NCBI RefSeq assembly: GCF_004010195.1
Contig: NC_057718.1
Coordinates: 2,738,996-2,793,139 of the forward strand
DNA length: 54,144 nt
Direction of reading: 5' to 3'
DNA from: Chiloscyllium plagiosum
Lineage: Eukaryota
Both the position numbers and the translations under genes were made by a program. Below, piece after piece: positions 10,985 through 22,602 of this stretch; the stretch's first letter is position 1; each line of letters starts with the position of its first letter. Under the pieces are notes generated by a model that saw only the letters and a list, made by a program, of their open reading frames with translations, ran no database searches and was not told the origin of the DNA.

Positions 10985-12865
10985 GAGAAAGTGAGGACTA
11001 CAGGTGCTGAAGATCAGAGTCAGCATGTGGTGCTGGAAAAGCACAGCAGGTCAGGCAGCATCTGAAGAGTAGGAGTAGGGAAAACGACATTTCGGGCAAG
11101 AGCCCTTCATCAGGAATGAGGCTGTGAGCCGAGGGGGTGGAGAGATAAATGGGAGGGGTGTGGGTCTGGGGAAAGTTAGCTGAGAGTGCGATAGTAGGAT
11201 GGAGGAGGGGGTAATAGTGATAAGTCAGCGGGGTGGGTGGAGCAGATAGGTGGGAAGGAAGATGGACAAGTAGGAAAGGTCATGAGGGCAGTGCCGATTT
11301 GGAAGCTTGGAATAAGGATAAGGTGGGGTAAGGGGAAATGAGGAGGAAATGAGTCCCTATGCACTTCTATCCGCCATGATGAATGCCTCCAAGCCCTCTG
11401 TTTCTTCCTCTCCTAGCGCCAGTCCTCCTCTACTGATGCTTTCATTCGTTTGGCTGAACTGGTTCTCACCCTCAATAATTTCTCCTTTGAATCCTCCCAC
11501 TTCCTCCAGATGAAGGGGGACCCATGGGCACCAGCATGGGAACCAGCTATGCCTGTCTCTTTGTCAGTTACGTGGAACAGTCCATCGTCCACAGTTAGAC
11601 CTTCACCATTCCCCACCTTTTCCTCCACTACATCGATGACTGTATCGGCGCCACCTCATGCTCCAATAAGGAGGTTGAACAGTTCATCAGGTTCACTAAC
11701 ATATTCCACCCTGACTTTAAGTTTAACTGGACCATGTCAGACACCTCCTTCCACTTCCTGGACCTCTGCATCTCCATTTCCGGTTACCGACTCAACACGG
11801 ACATCTTTCACAAACCCACCGACTCCCACAGCTACCTGGACGACACCTCCTCCACCCTTCTGCCTGTAAAAATGCCATCCCTTATTCCAAATTTCTCTAC
11901 CTCTGCTGTATCTGCTCCCAGGAGGACCAATTCCACAACACAACACAACAAATGGCCACCTTCTTCAAAGATGGCAATTTCCTCTCCCATATGGTCAAAG
12001 ATGCCCTCCAACGCATCTCATCCACTTCCAGAACTTCCGCTCTCGCACCACACCCTTCCAACCACAACAAGGACAAAAGCCCACTGGTCCTCAACTTCCA
12101 TCCCACCAACGTCCGTATACATTACATCATTCTCTGCCATTTTCGCCATCTACAAATGGACACCACCACCAGGGATATATTTCCCACTCCACTCCTGATC
12201 ACTTTCCGTAAAGACCATTCTCTCTGCAACTCTCTTGTCAGGTTCACACCTCCAACCATCCCATCCACAAATGTCATTTACTGTATCCATTGTTCCTGAT
12301 GCAATCTACTCTACATTGTGGAGACAGGATGCTTACTTAAGAACACTTCAGAGAACATCTCTGGTACATCCGCACCAACCAACCCCACTGCCCCATGGCT
12401 AAACAACTCAACTCCCCTTCCCACTCCGCCAAGGACATGCAGGTCCTGGGCTTCCTTCATCGCCACTCCTTTACCACCTGACACATGGAGAAAGAATGCC
12501 TCATCTTCTGCCATGGGACCCTCCAACCCAAGGCATCAATGTGGGCTGTTCCAGTTTCCTCATTTCCACTCCTCCCACCAATCCCAGTTCATACCTTCCA
12601 ACTCGGCACTGGCCTCAAAGCCTCTATTACCTGTCAAACTTCCTTCCCACTTATCCACTCCACCCTCCTCTCCAACCTATCACATTACCCTCACCTCCAC
12701 CCACCTATCAAACTCTCAGCTACTTTCCCTGTAGCTCCAACCCCTCCCATTTATCTCTCCACCCCTGCCTAATTCCTGATTGAAGGGCTCTTGCCCGAAA
12801 CATCGATTCTCCTGCTTCTTGGATGCTGCCTGACCTGTTGTGCTTTTGCAACACCACACTTTCGA
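10985..12865 (+). mobile_element. Penelope-like element (RT + GIY-YIG remnant) with inverted 5' terminal repeat
   Basis: ELVLTLNNFSF, FLHYIDD, HKPTDSHSYLD and TNVIYCIHC motifs. About 10985-11350 is an inverted copy of the 3' repeat at about 12560-12865. Confidence 0.9.
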
Positions 12866-12996
12866 CCATTATAGATAGTGGATAGGCTTTGGGGAGTTAC
12901 TGTCCTGAGGAGCTCAAAAGTAATGTTGTTGACAATCATGAACTTTGTTCAGACTGAAGCGACTAACTACAAAAGTAACATTCTGATATTTTACAG

Positions 12997-13147
12997 CAGA
13001 ATCTTCCCATGGTATTCCCCGGACTTCAGATCCCATTTTAATCATTGGCACCATTCTGGGCTTCGCTGTCTTGATCTGCATTGTCCTGTTCACATTTTTC
13101 CTTCGGAAACAAAAGCTGTGTTCATCAGTGAAGGACTCCACACAAGG
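12997..13147 (+). CDS. Stalk + transmembrane exon of the + strand receptor
   Basis: Acceptor attttaCAG(CAG), phase 1. Translation (A)ESSHGIPRTSD-PILIIGTILGFAVLICIVLFTFFL-RKQK-LCSSVKDSTQ is an uncharged hydrophobic stretch followed by a basic stop-transfer. Donor GTAAAT at 13148. Confidence 0.85.
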
Positions 13148-13223
13148 GTAAATCCCATTTCATCTTGGGTTTGATTCTGCATTGCACTGATATTGTTTTC
13201 AACATTGGGGTGATTGTTTTTAG

Positions 13224-13268
13224 TGAGTGCTGATATTCCCACTGCAGTGTACAGATCTATTGTAAATG
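13224..13268 (+). CDS. Candidate small cytoplasmic exon
   Basis: ttgttttTAG...GTGGGT, 45 nt. Read in phase 1 it gives SADIPTAVYRSIVN and fits the 17536 exon, but it does not match the phase-2 end of the TM exon. Confidence 0.35.
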
Positions 13269-13397
13269 GTGGGTCAATGACTGTCAAGACAATCCTACAC
13301 ATCCAGGTGCCCAATCACTGCCAGTTTCCTCTATCTCTGGTATCACACATCCTCCAGTACCAGGCCACAGTCAGAAAGTTTTGAATGGCTCAAATGT

Positions 13398-13748
13398 GGG
13401 TGGCACTGTGACTCAGTGATTAGTACTTCTGCATCACAGCGCCAGGGACCTAAGTTGATTCTCGCCTCGAGTGGCCGTCTATGTGGAGTTTGCATATTCA
13501 CCTGATGGCGTCACGGGTTCCCTCTAGGTGCTCCGGTTTCCTCCCACAATCCAAAGGTGTGCAGGTTAGGTGAATTGGCCATGCTAAATTGCCCATAGTG
13601 GTGTGTCAGTTAGGTGCATTAGTCAGGAGTAACTGTAGAGTAATATACTTGGGTAATGGGTCTGGTTGGGTTACTCTTTGGAGGGTTGGCTTGGGCTTGT
13701 TAGACCAAATGGCCTCTTTCCACATTGTAGGGATTCTATGATTCTATA
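13398..13748 (+). mobile_element. tRNA-derived V-SINE (HE1-like)
   Basis: A/B-box-like head, central tgtggagtttgca...ggtttcctcccaca core, and a CR1-like tail. Confidence 0.8.
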
Positions 13749-14711
13749 ATTCATTAGACAACACATGCAAGACCCCCGGTAGATATGGGACCATTACCCA
13801 CAAAGCCCAGAATCAAGGTCTGCCTTAGAGCTGAGGGTCACAGGCAGCAAAGCACCTCCTGCTGGAAGACCAAGGGTGTGTCAGACCACTCAACCCAACA
13901 GTCCATGCTGGCCTTTCACCTCCACATCAAATTCACTTCCACACAGCCAAAATCTAATTTCCCTTTCCTGCTCCCCCATCCATTTAATTCCCTTTATCCT
14001 CACACCCCTCTCCAATTGAATCCTGAATGTAGACATGTTTTTTGATTCATTCATGGCTTGAGGCTGTCACTGGCCAGGCCAGCACTTAAGACCCATACTT
14101 AATTGCCGAGAGGATAGTTAAGAGTCAGTCACATAGCTGTGCGTCTGCAGGCACATGTAGTCCATAATTATCGCAATATTTGGCTAGTATTTCTCTCTGT
14201 TCCAAACTTCCCTTTTGCACTGTCAGATTCCTGATGTGATTAATAAGCTAATGGTTAGAGCAGGTCAGTTGTCTGATGAACACAATTGATGATGAAAGGT
14301 CAACAGAATGAAGGTGGTAGGTTCTCCCTGGGCTTTTAGCTGCAGCTTGAACTGCCCCTCAGGGCAGCAATGCCGTAAAGAGCGACCCCGAAAATGGATG
14401 GACCTTCAAACACAGAAACAGCCTCCTGTAGTCCACCAGCCAACAGAGACAGATCTTTTGACATCTGTTATACCCCTTTCAGAGCCATTCTTTATTGAAT
14501 ATCTTTTGAAAATCCAAGTACAACACATTGCTAGTTCTGTCAATCCATTCTGGTGGGACTTCCTGTAAAAATCTGTAATGATTTAGTCAGACACGATTTT
14601 CCTTTCATGAAGCCATGTGGACTCGATTTGATTAGACTCTGCTTGATCAGATTAAATCACAAAAGGTTCATGCATTCTGTAGCCAGATGGTGGGACAGAA
14701 AGCAAGGTCGG

Positions 14712-17362
14712 AAAAAGTGAGGACTGCAGATGCTGCACATCAGAGTCGAAGAATGTGGTGCTGGAAAAGCACAGCAGGTCAGTCAGCATCCGAGGAGCAG
14801 GAGAATTGTCATTTTGGGCATCAGCCCTTCATCAGTAATGAGGCTTATGGGCCAAGAGGACTGAGCGATAAATGGGAGGGAGTCGGGGTGGAGGGAATGG
14901 AGCAGGGAATGCAATAGGTAGATGAAGGTGGGGGTGAAAGTGACGGAGATTGAAGCAGATAGTTGGGAAGGAAGATGAACAGGTAGGACCATTCAAGAGA
15001 GTGGTGCCGAACTGGAAGGTTGGGACTGAGATAAGGTCNNNNNNNNNNNNNNNNNNNNNNNNNNNNNNNNNNNNNNNNNNNNNNNNNNNNNNNNNNNNNN
15101 NNNNNNNNNNNNNNNNNNNNNNNNNNNNNNNNNNNNNNNNNNNNNNNNNNNNNNNNNNNNNNNNNNNNNNNNNNNNNNNNNNNNNNNNNNNNNNNNNNNN
15201 NNNNNNNNNNNNNNNNNNNNNNNNNNNNNNNNNNNNNNNNNNNNNNNNNNNNNNNNNNNNNNNNNNNNNNNNNNNNNNNNNNNNNNNNNNNNNNNNNNNN
15301 NNNNNNNNNNNNNNNNNNNNNNNNNNNNNNNNNNNNNNNNNNNNNNNNNNNNNNNNNNNNNNNNNNNNNNNNNNNNNNNNNNNNNNNNNNNNNNNNNNNN
15401 NNNNNNNNNNNNNNNNNNNNNNNNNNNNNNNNNNNNNNNNNNNNNNNNNNNNNNNNNNNNNNNNNNNNNNNNNNNNNNNNNNNNNNNNNNNNNNNNNNNN
15501 NNNNNNNNNNNNNNNNNNNNNNNNNNNNNNNNNNNNNNGTTGCAGCAGTCACAAACCTGACTGCCATGGTCAACCTATCGTCTCAGCCTGCTCCTGAATC
15601 ACTGAGCTTGTCTTTGCATACCTTGACACCGTCCCACTCCCCCTTAGTCCAGGAACCCGCCACCTACATTTGGGACATGACCCATGTCTTCCACCTCCTC
15701 CACGATTTTCATTTCCCCAGCCCCCAACACCTCATCTTCACCACGGACATCCAGTAGCTATACACATCCATCTGACCTGACAAAGGCCTACCCGCCCTCC
15801 ATTTCTTCCTCTCACACTGACCCAACTAGCCCCCTTCCACTGACATGCTCATCTGATTGGCTGAACTGGTCGTCACCCTCAACAACTTCTCCTTCCAATC
15901 CTCCCACTTCCTCCAAACCAAAGGGGCAGCCAGGGCACCCTCATGGGCCCCAGCTATGCCTACCTCTTCATCAGGCATGTGGAACAGTCCATTTTCCACA
16001 GCTACATCAGCACCATTACCCACTTTTTCCTCTGCTACATTGATGACTGCATCGATGCTATCTTGTTCTCCCATGAGAAGGTTGAGCAGTTCATCAACTT
16101 CACTAACACCTTCCCTCCTGACCTCAAGTTCACCTGGACCATCTCAGATACCTCCCTCTCCTTCCTGGGCCTCTCCATCTCCGTATTCAGTGACCAACTC
16201 AACAGCTACCTGGACTATTCCTCATCTGAACCTGCCTCCAGTAAAAACATTATTTCTTATTCCCAATTCCTCCACCTCTGCTGCATCAGCTCCCAGGACC
16301 AATTCCACCACAGAACACACCTGATGGCCTCCTTTTTCAAAGATGGAACTTCCCCTCCCACATGCCCTCCAGTGTTTCTCCTCCACTTCCCGCACCTCCG
16401 CATTTAAACCCCACCTCTCTGATCATAACACAGATAAAACATCCCTGGTCCTCACCTTCCACCCCACCAATCTTCAGATAAACTGCATCCTCCCCCATCA
16501 CATCCACCACCTACAAACAGACCTCACCACCAGGGACATATTTCCCTCCCCATCCCTAACAGTGCTTCGGAGAAACCATTTTCTCCATGACTCCCTTGCC
16601 AGATCCATGACCCCCACCAACCCCCACCCTCCCCTCCTGACACCTTCCCCTGCCATCATAGTAAGTGCAAAACCTGTGGCAAACCTCCCCCCTCACCTCT
16701 GTCCAAGGCCCCAAAGGATCTTTCCACATCTGAAAAACATTTACCTGTACTTCCACAAATGTCATCCACTGCATCTGTTGCACCTGATGTGGTCTCCTTG
16801 ACATTGGGGAGATAGGACATCAACTTATGGATCATTTAAGAGAACATCTCTAGGACACCTGCACTGTCCAACCTTACTGCCCTGTTGCTGAACACTTTAA
16901 CTCCCCCTCCCATTCCACCAAGGACATTCAGGTCCTGGGAATCATCCACCGGCAAACCCTAACCACCCGACACCTGAAGGAAGAATGCCTCATCTTCCCC
17001 ATTAGGACTTTCCAACCACACGGGATCAATGTGGATTTCACCAGTTTCCCCATTTGTCTTCCCCAACCTTATCCCAGTCCCAACCTTCCAACTAGGCTCC
17101 GCCCTCTTGAATGGTCCTACCTGTCCATCTTCCTTCCCAACTATCTGCTCCACCCTCCTCTCCAACCTATCATCTTCTCCCCCACCCTCATCTATCTATT
17201 GCGTTCCCCGCTCGCTTCCTCCCACCCCCACCCCCACTCGCTCCCATTTATCTTCCAGCCCCCTTGGCCCACCAACCTCATCCCTGATGAAGAGCTTTTG
17301 CTCAATTCTCCTGCTCCTCAGATGCTGCCTGACCAGCTGTGCTTTCCCAGCTCCACACTTTT
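14712..17362 (+). mobile_element. Second Penelope-like element with inverted 5' repeat, spanning the assembly gap
   Basis: TLNNFSF, MGPSYAYLF, YIDD and a GIY-YIG remnant. 14712-15038 is an inverted copy of the 3' repeat. Confidence 0.88.
15039..15538. other. Assembly gap (500 N)
   Basis: Run of N. Confidence 1.
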
Positions 17363-17535
17363 TGAGAAAGCCAGATACCAGTCTTTTCCATCTCCTTTGT
17401 TTAAAGCAATATCCTTTTCTGATTTTTCTCCCCAATCCAAAATAAAGACAATTAAAAAGATGTGGTCTTTATGGGGAAATGCTCTCAACAACATCCCAGC
17501 TACCCACCTGTGACATGTGATTATTTGTCTCACAG

Positions 17536-17609
17536 ACTCAGTGACAGCAGCTGGTAACCAGTGTCTCCCTGGAGCTGACAGAATCCCTCCTTCGACAGGA
17601 CACAGGCAG
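17536..17609 (+). CDS. Cytoplasmic exon A (phase 1 to 0)
   Basis: ttatttgtctcacAG / GTAAGC; (D)SVTAAGNQCLPGADRIPPSTGHRQ; phase-compatible with the next exon. Confidence 0.7.
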
Positions 17610-18176
17610 GTAAGCTTCACTGTTCTTCACTGTACATGTTCCTGGAACAGGGAGGAGCTGGTGTCATTGTCAATTTATGATTTCAAATCAATTTCTCCTG
17701 CACAGCCAACCTTTTATCTGAAACCCCTTGTTACATCGAACGGGGTTAAGCTGCTGGAAATGGAAACCAGCTATTTATGAACTGGTCACAAAATTTAAAA
17801 ATGTTTACAAACCATATTCAAGAAGCCATTTCCCTATCTTTTAGACACAGCATGACAGAACGCACATATCAGGTTTCTCTCCTTAACAAGAGTTCCTGTT
17901 TCGTACAAAGAAGTAGAATTCAGTTTTAGGAAAACAATGACATGTAGCTCTCCCAGTTAAAACTCACACCCTCGAATAAACCCCCCCTTTCACACATAGA
18001 GACTGGCATAGACAGATAAAAACATGGGCGTAATGAACAGTGGAAAGAGTGGGAAGACAGTTCAGAGTTCCCTATCCACAGGGTTTTCTGATTTGATTCT
18101 TGTGCTGCTCAGATGGTGTTTCTCAATCTTCCTTCTCCAGATGCTTTCACTTATTTACAGGAGGCAGAGGGGGAAC

Positions 18177-18441
18177 TGATTCACGCTGATAGCAGCTCCC
18201 TGAGTGATTCACACTGACACCATCTCCCTGACTGATTCACACTGACAGCAGCTCCCTGACTGATTCACACTGACACCATCTCCCTGACTGATTCACACTG
18301 ACAGCAGTTCCCTGACTGATTCACACTGACACCATCTCCCTGACTGATTCACACTGACACCATCTCCCTGACTGATTCACACTGACAGCAGCTCCCTGAC
18401 TGATTCACACTGACAGCAGCTCCCTGACTGATTCACACTGA
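18177..18441. repeat. 28-bp minisatellite, about 9.5 units, two unit variants
   Basis: ctgattcacactgac[agcag/accat]ctccctga repeated. Confidence 0.95.
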
Positions 18442-19280
18442 GCTTCTCACATTATTATTGCAAAGCAGAAGACTTTTGTTATAAATAACTAGTCACAGGT
18501 TCACAGAACACATGTTTTTGGTTAGAATTCCAGTATTACCTACCCTCCAGCCCCATCCTCTCCTTCCCACCCCAATTCCCTCACTCTCTCCACACTCCTG
18601 CTCTGTAAATCCTCTCCCCCTACTTCCCCAATGGGCAGCTGTGTAAACAACACTCACAGTGAGGATCAGGTTACTTGCTTTCAGAAAGTGCAGGAATCGC
18701 TCTACATTTCTTGGTTTCTAAACCTGTTAATTTTCCATTTCAGTTCACAGTCAAAAATACAAAACATTTCCACTCCTTGACAGCTCATGTCTCTCGAGAG
18801 AGACCAGGAGGACTGATCCCACATCTCTACATGATCTCTCAGACACCAATGAGGGGTTATTGGAGAGCAGCTTAGCATGGCTCATCTCCAACTATCCCTC
18901 ATGGTGACCAGTGACTGATCCTTCAGCAGGAAAACCAAATCACTCAAATTATCAAATGAGATGTACCCGTCCAACTTGTCTTGTGTAATTCATAATCAGG
19001 GTTAAGTTTGACCAGGATGTTCAGGTCCAAGTATTCCTGATTTTGTTCCTGATTTTCCCTCTGGGATCTACTTTTCTCTGAGAGCTCTATTCCTCTCATA
19101 TCCAGCTGTACTGTCAGCTGCCCACAGCTCTGATTCAGAAACTGTTTGACAAATCAGCCACTTTTTTGGAAATAGAAAGGTTTCAAGACTAATCCCTGAC
19201 TCTATCTAATCAGCATTCAGTCATCTCTCATTTCACAATGATTACTGAGTACAATATTTCTTGTTTCCTTCTAATTACAG

Positions 19281-19322
19281 AATGTGAAGGATTCTCCAGC
19301 AGATTCAGACTCCGCCTACATG
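19281..19322 (+). CDS. Cytoplasmic exon B, first half of ITAM (phase 0 to 0)
   Basis: ttgtttccttctaattacAG / GTAAAT; NVKDSPADSDSAYM. Confidence 0.82.
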
Positions 19323-20441
19323 GTAAATATCTTGCACTGCAATTAACATCTGGCTTTACAACATTCACCCTATTCCCAAAGTGTCCTGTTTCTGACTTTC
19401 CATTGGTCCCATCATCTGACTGACATTTCTATCCACCAATCATCATGAGTGGGAATAGGCTCAGTGCGAAGCAAACCAGAGTGTTCACCATGCTGGATTC
19501 CCAACTCAATTAATGAGATTTTCCTGTTCTCCACCAGAAGTTGAGCCCTCCTGGACCCTTCAAGTTCAAATCTCATCCTCTGCCACTCAGCCCCACGGCT
19601 ATCCCTTCTTCGATCATACCCAATCCCTGGTCTCCTCAGCCACTGCCAACCTCAGGAGCCAGCTACAATCATCACTGCATTCCATTATTCTCAGAAAGAA
19701 AATGTTTTTTCATTTACATCATTCCTCTCACAACCCCAGCATAGCTTGGGAGCCTTTACAATGACTGAAGAGTTTTGAAGTGTGGTCACTGTTATCAGAA
19801 AGAGAGGAACTGATTTAAACACAGCAACATCACTGGGAGAACAATGCTGCTTTAGAATATAAGAGCATAAGGAATAGGAGAAAGTATAAAGTTGACAGCT
19901 TCTTCAAGCTGCTCCACCATTCAATACAATCCTGGTGGATAATCTGCCCCAATTCCACTTTCCCAGCTGCTCCTCCTATCCCAGAAATTCTCAGAGAAAC
20001 CAAAGGTTTGTCCATTCCAACCTGAAATGCTCTCAGCGATGGAACATTGTCAACTCCTGCGGAGAGAATTCCACAGTTTCTTCCAAAAACATCATCTGTC
20101 CACCTGCTTGAGAAGACAGGGTTTCAGTTTGACATCTCATTGAAAGCCTGTCCTGCTGACAGTGCTGCACTGCCTCCGTACTGCACTGAGGGAGCAGCCT
20201 GGATGGTACGATCACATCCCTGGACTCGGCTTTCAATCGAAAAGCTCCAGTCTCAGAAACAAATGTTTTTCCACTGGGCCAACACAAATGAATGAAGGAG
20301 ACATGGATCTGGTTTCAGGGAGGGAAATCCCTTTTGCCCATAAGCAGTAAATATTGTTAGAATGTGAAATCATTCTAAATAAGCCATGATTTTGTCAACA
20401 TTATAGATCACAGGTTTTAACATATCTCTTTTTCCTGTTAG

Positions 20442-20484
20442 GCACTGCAGCATTGGGATCGCTCTATTTACAGTGAGCTTAAAG
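20442..20484 (+). CDS. Cytoplasmic exon C, second half of ITAM (phase 0 to 1)
   Basis: ctctttttcctgttAG / GTATGT; ALQHWDRSIYSELK. Confidence 0.85.
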
Positions 20485-22576
20485 GTATGTTTCTAGTTTT
20501 GCCTCCAGCAGGGTAGTTTACCAGCTGCAGCAATGTTCGTGCTGCCTCTGAGATCATGAGAATCTGGGTGCGGGGATTGTGTTATTCATGAGTCTAAGAG
20601 CTACTGTTATGTACAGCTACTGTAAAACTGGAGGAAACTCCTGTTATATGCAAGCATGACCTTCCTCAGGCTTTTCAATGTCAGGCCTAACATTAGTGAT
20701 TGGGTTACACAAAGCAAGATTATTTCTCATGCCTCATGTGATCAGATGCAAGATGGAGTCAGAGATCTTTGTACTCTCAGGTCACAGCTGTGATGCAGTG
20801 ATGATGTCATCACCATGAGGAATCATCATTCAGTAAAAAAGAGACCCTTCAGCCCATCGAGTCTGTTCCATCAATCATTACACTAAACCTCCACTAGTCC
20901 AAACTTCAACCACTACATTCACAGCCTTGAATATTATAACATTGCAGTTGCTTATCCAAGTTATTTCTGAAGTTTGAGGTTTCCCGCCTCAACTACCCTC
21001 CCAAGCAGTGAATTCCATATTCCCACTAATCTCTGGGTGAAAAGACCTTTCCTCAAATCCCCTCTAAACGTCCGGCTTTTCATAGATTCATGGAATCATA
21101 CAACACAGAAACAGACCCTTCGGTCCAACTCGTCCATGCTGATCATTTTCCCAAACTAAAATATTCCAAGTTGCATGTGTTTGGACATATCCAATGGAAC
21201 CTTTCCTGTTCATGTACCTATCCAAATGTCTTTTAAATGTTGCAATTGTACCTGCATCTCCCATTTCCTCTGGCATTTCATTCCACTTATGAACCACCCT
21301 CCATATGAATATATCGCTTCTCAGGTCCCTTTTAAATCTTGCTCCAGTCACCTTAAAAATGTGTGCCCTAGTTTTGCATCCCTTACCCACAACAAAAGAT
21401 CTTTGCTCTTCACCCTATCTATGTTCCTCCTAATTTTTAAGTTCACCCCTCAACCTCTTGAGCTCCAGTGAAAACAGTTCCAGCCTGTCCAACCTCTCCT
21501 TTTAACTGAGGACAAGCTCCCCAAGCTCCCTCTGTCCCCCTGAGCTTCCTCGTGTCCTGTCATTCATTGAGTCCTCCATGTCTCATACAGCTCCCCTGAC
21601 CCATTGACTGTGAGACTGAACACAACAACCGATGAAGTTGAATTAAAAATCCAGCCTCATGGTGACCACCGAAACCCAGTCGATAGTCATCAATAACTTC
21701 CCAGTTATTGAACGTATCTGTCAGAGATGAAAACCTGTAGGTTATACTTGGGAGGTCTATATGTGACTCCAGACCCACATCAATGTCATTGACTCTAAAC
21801 AACCCTCTGAAATGGCACTAACAAGGCAGTCAGTTCAAGAGGCAATTCGGGAATGGGTAGTGAATGCTGGCCCAGTCAGTGACATCCACATCCCATAAAC
21901 GAATAAAAAAAAACCATCACCCGACATGGTCTTGTGTTTATTGTAATCATTCTGGGGATGTGGGTGTGGTTGTGTCAGCTTTCATTGACCATTTCTAGTT
22001 GCCCTGGTGGTGGCATGAACTGAAAGTGGGCAGTGAGTGCAGTGTGATCACAGGCCATTATTGATCATGTCTGACACACACACACAAAAAAACATACACA
22101 CACACACACCTTGTGTTTTTTTTTATAGAATCCCTGCAGTGTGGAAACAGGGCCTTCGGCCCAGCAAGTCCATCCTGACACCCAAAACCAAAACCCAACC
22201 CTATTGTCCTATATTTACCCCTGACTAATGCACATCCCTACACATGATGAGTAATTTAGCATGGCCAATTCAACTAACCTGTACATGGGAGGAAAATGGA
22301 GCACCTGGAAGAAATCCAAGTAGACATAGGAAGAATGTACAAACTCCACACAGACAGTTGCCCTAGTTTGGAATTGAACCCTGTTCCCTTGCGCTGGTGT
22401 TCTGACCAACTGCAGCCTTGACTGACATTGTCTCTGGGATACATATATTCCCCACCAGCTGGTGAGACAAGGCTGGCAGCTTCCAGGCAGGAATCTCTGA
22501 GTTATCTCCTGGGTAAACCCATTACATGTGAAATTATCTTTTGGAAATTAATAATGTTTTTAATTTTATTTGACAG

Positions 22577-22602
22577 GGCCTAAAGCAACTCCTGAAACTT
22601 AA
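22577..22602 (+). CDS. Candidate terminal coding exon
   Basis: ttttaattttatttgacAG, phase 1: (G)PKATPET-stop. Confidence 0.6.

Noticed and set aside
13245-13262. AVYRSI as an ITIM or ITSM
   Set aside because: The residue at Y-2 is Ala, which is non-canonical, and the exon itself is uncertain.
14845-15597. Long ORFs of 242 and 215 aa
   Set aside because: Artefacts of the N gap.
18177-18441. CRISPR-like appearance of the 28-bp repeat array
   Set aside because: There are no unique spacers, the context is vertebrate and there are no cas genes. It is a minisatellite.
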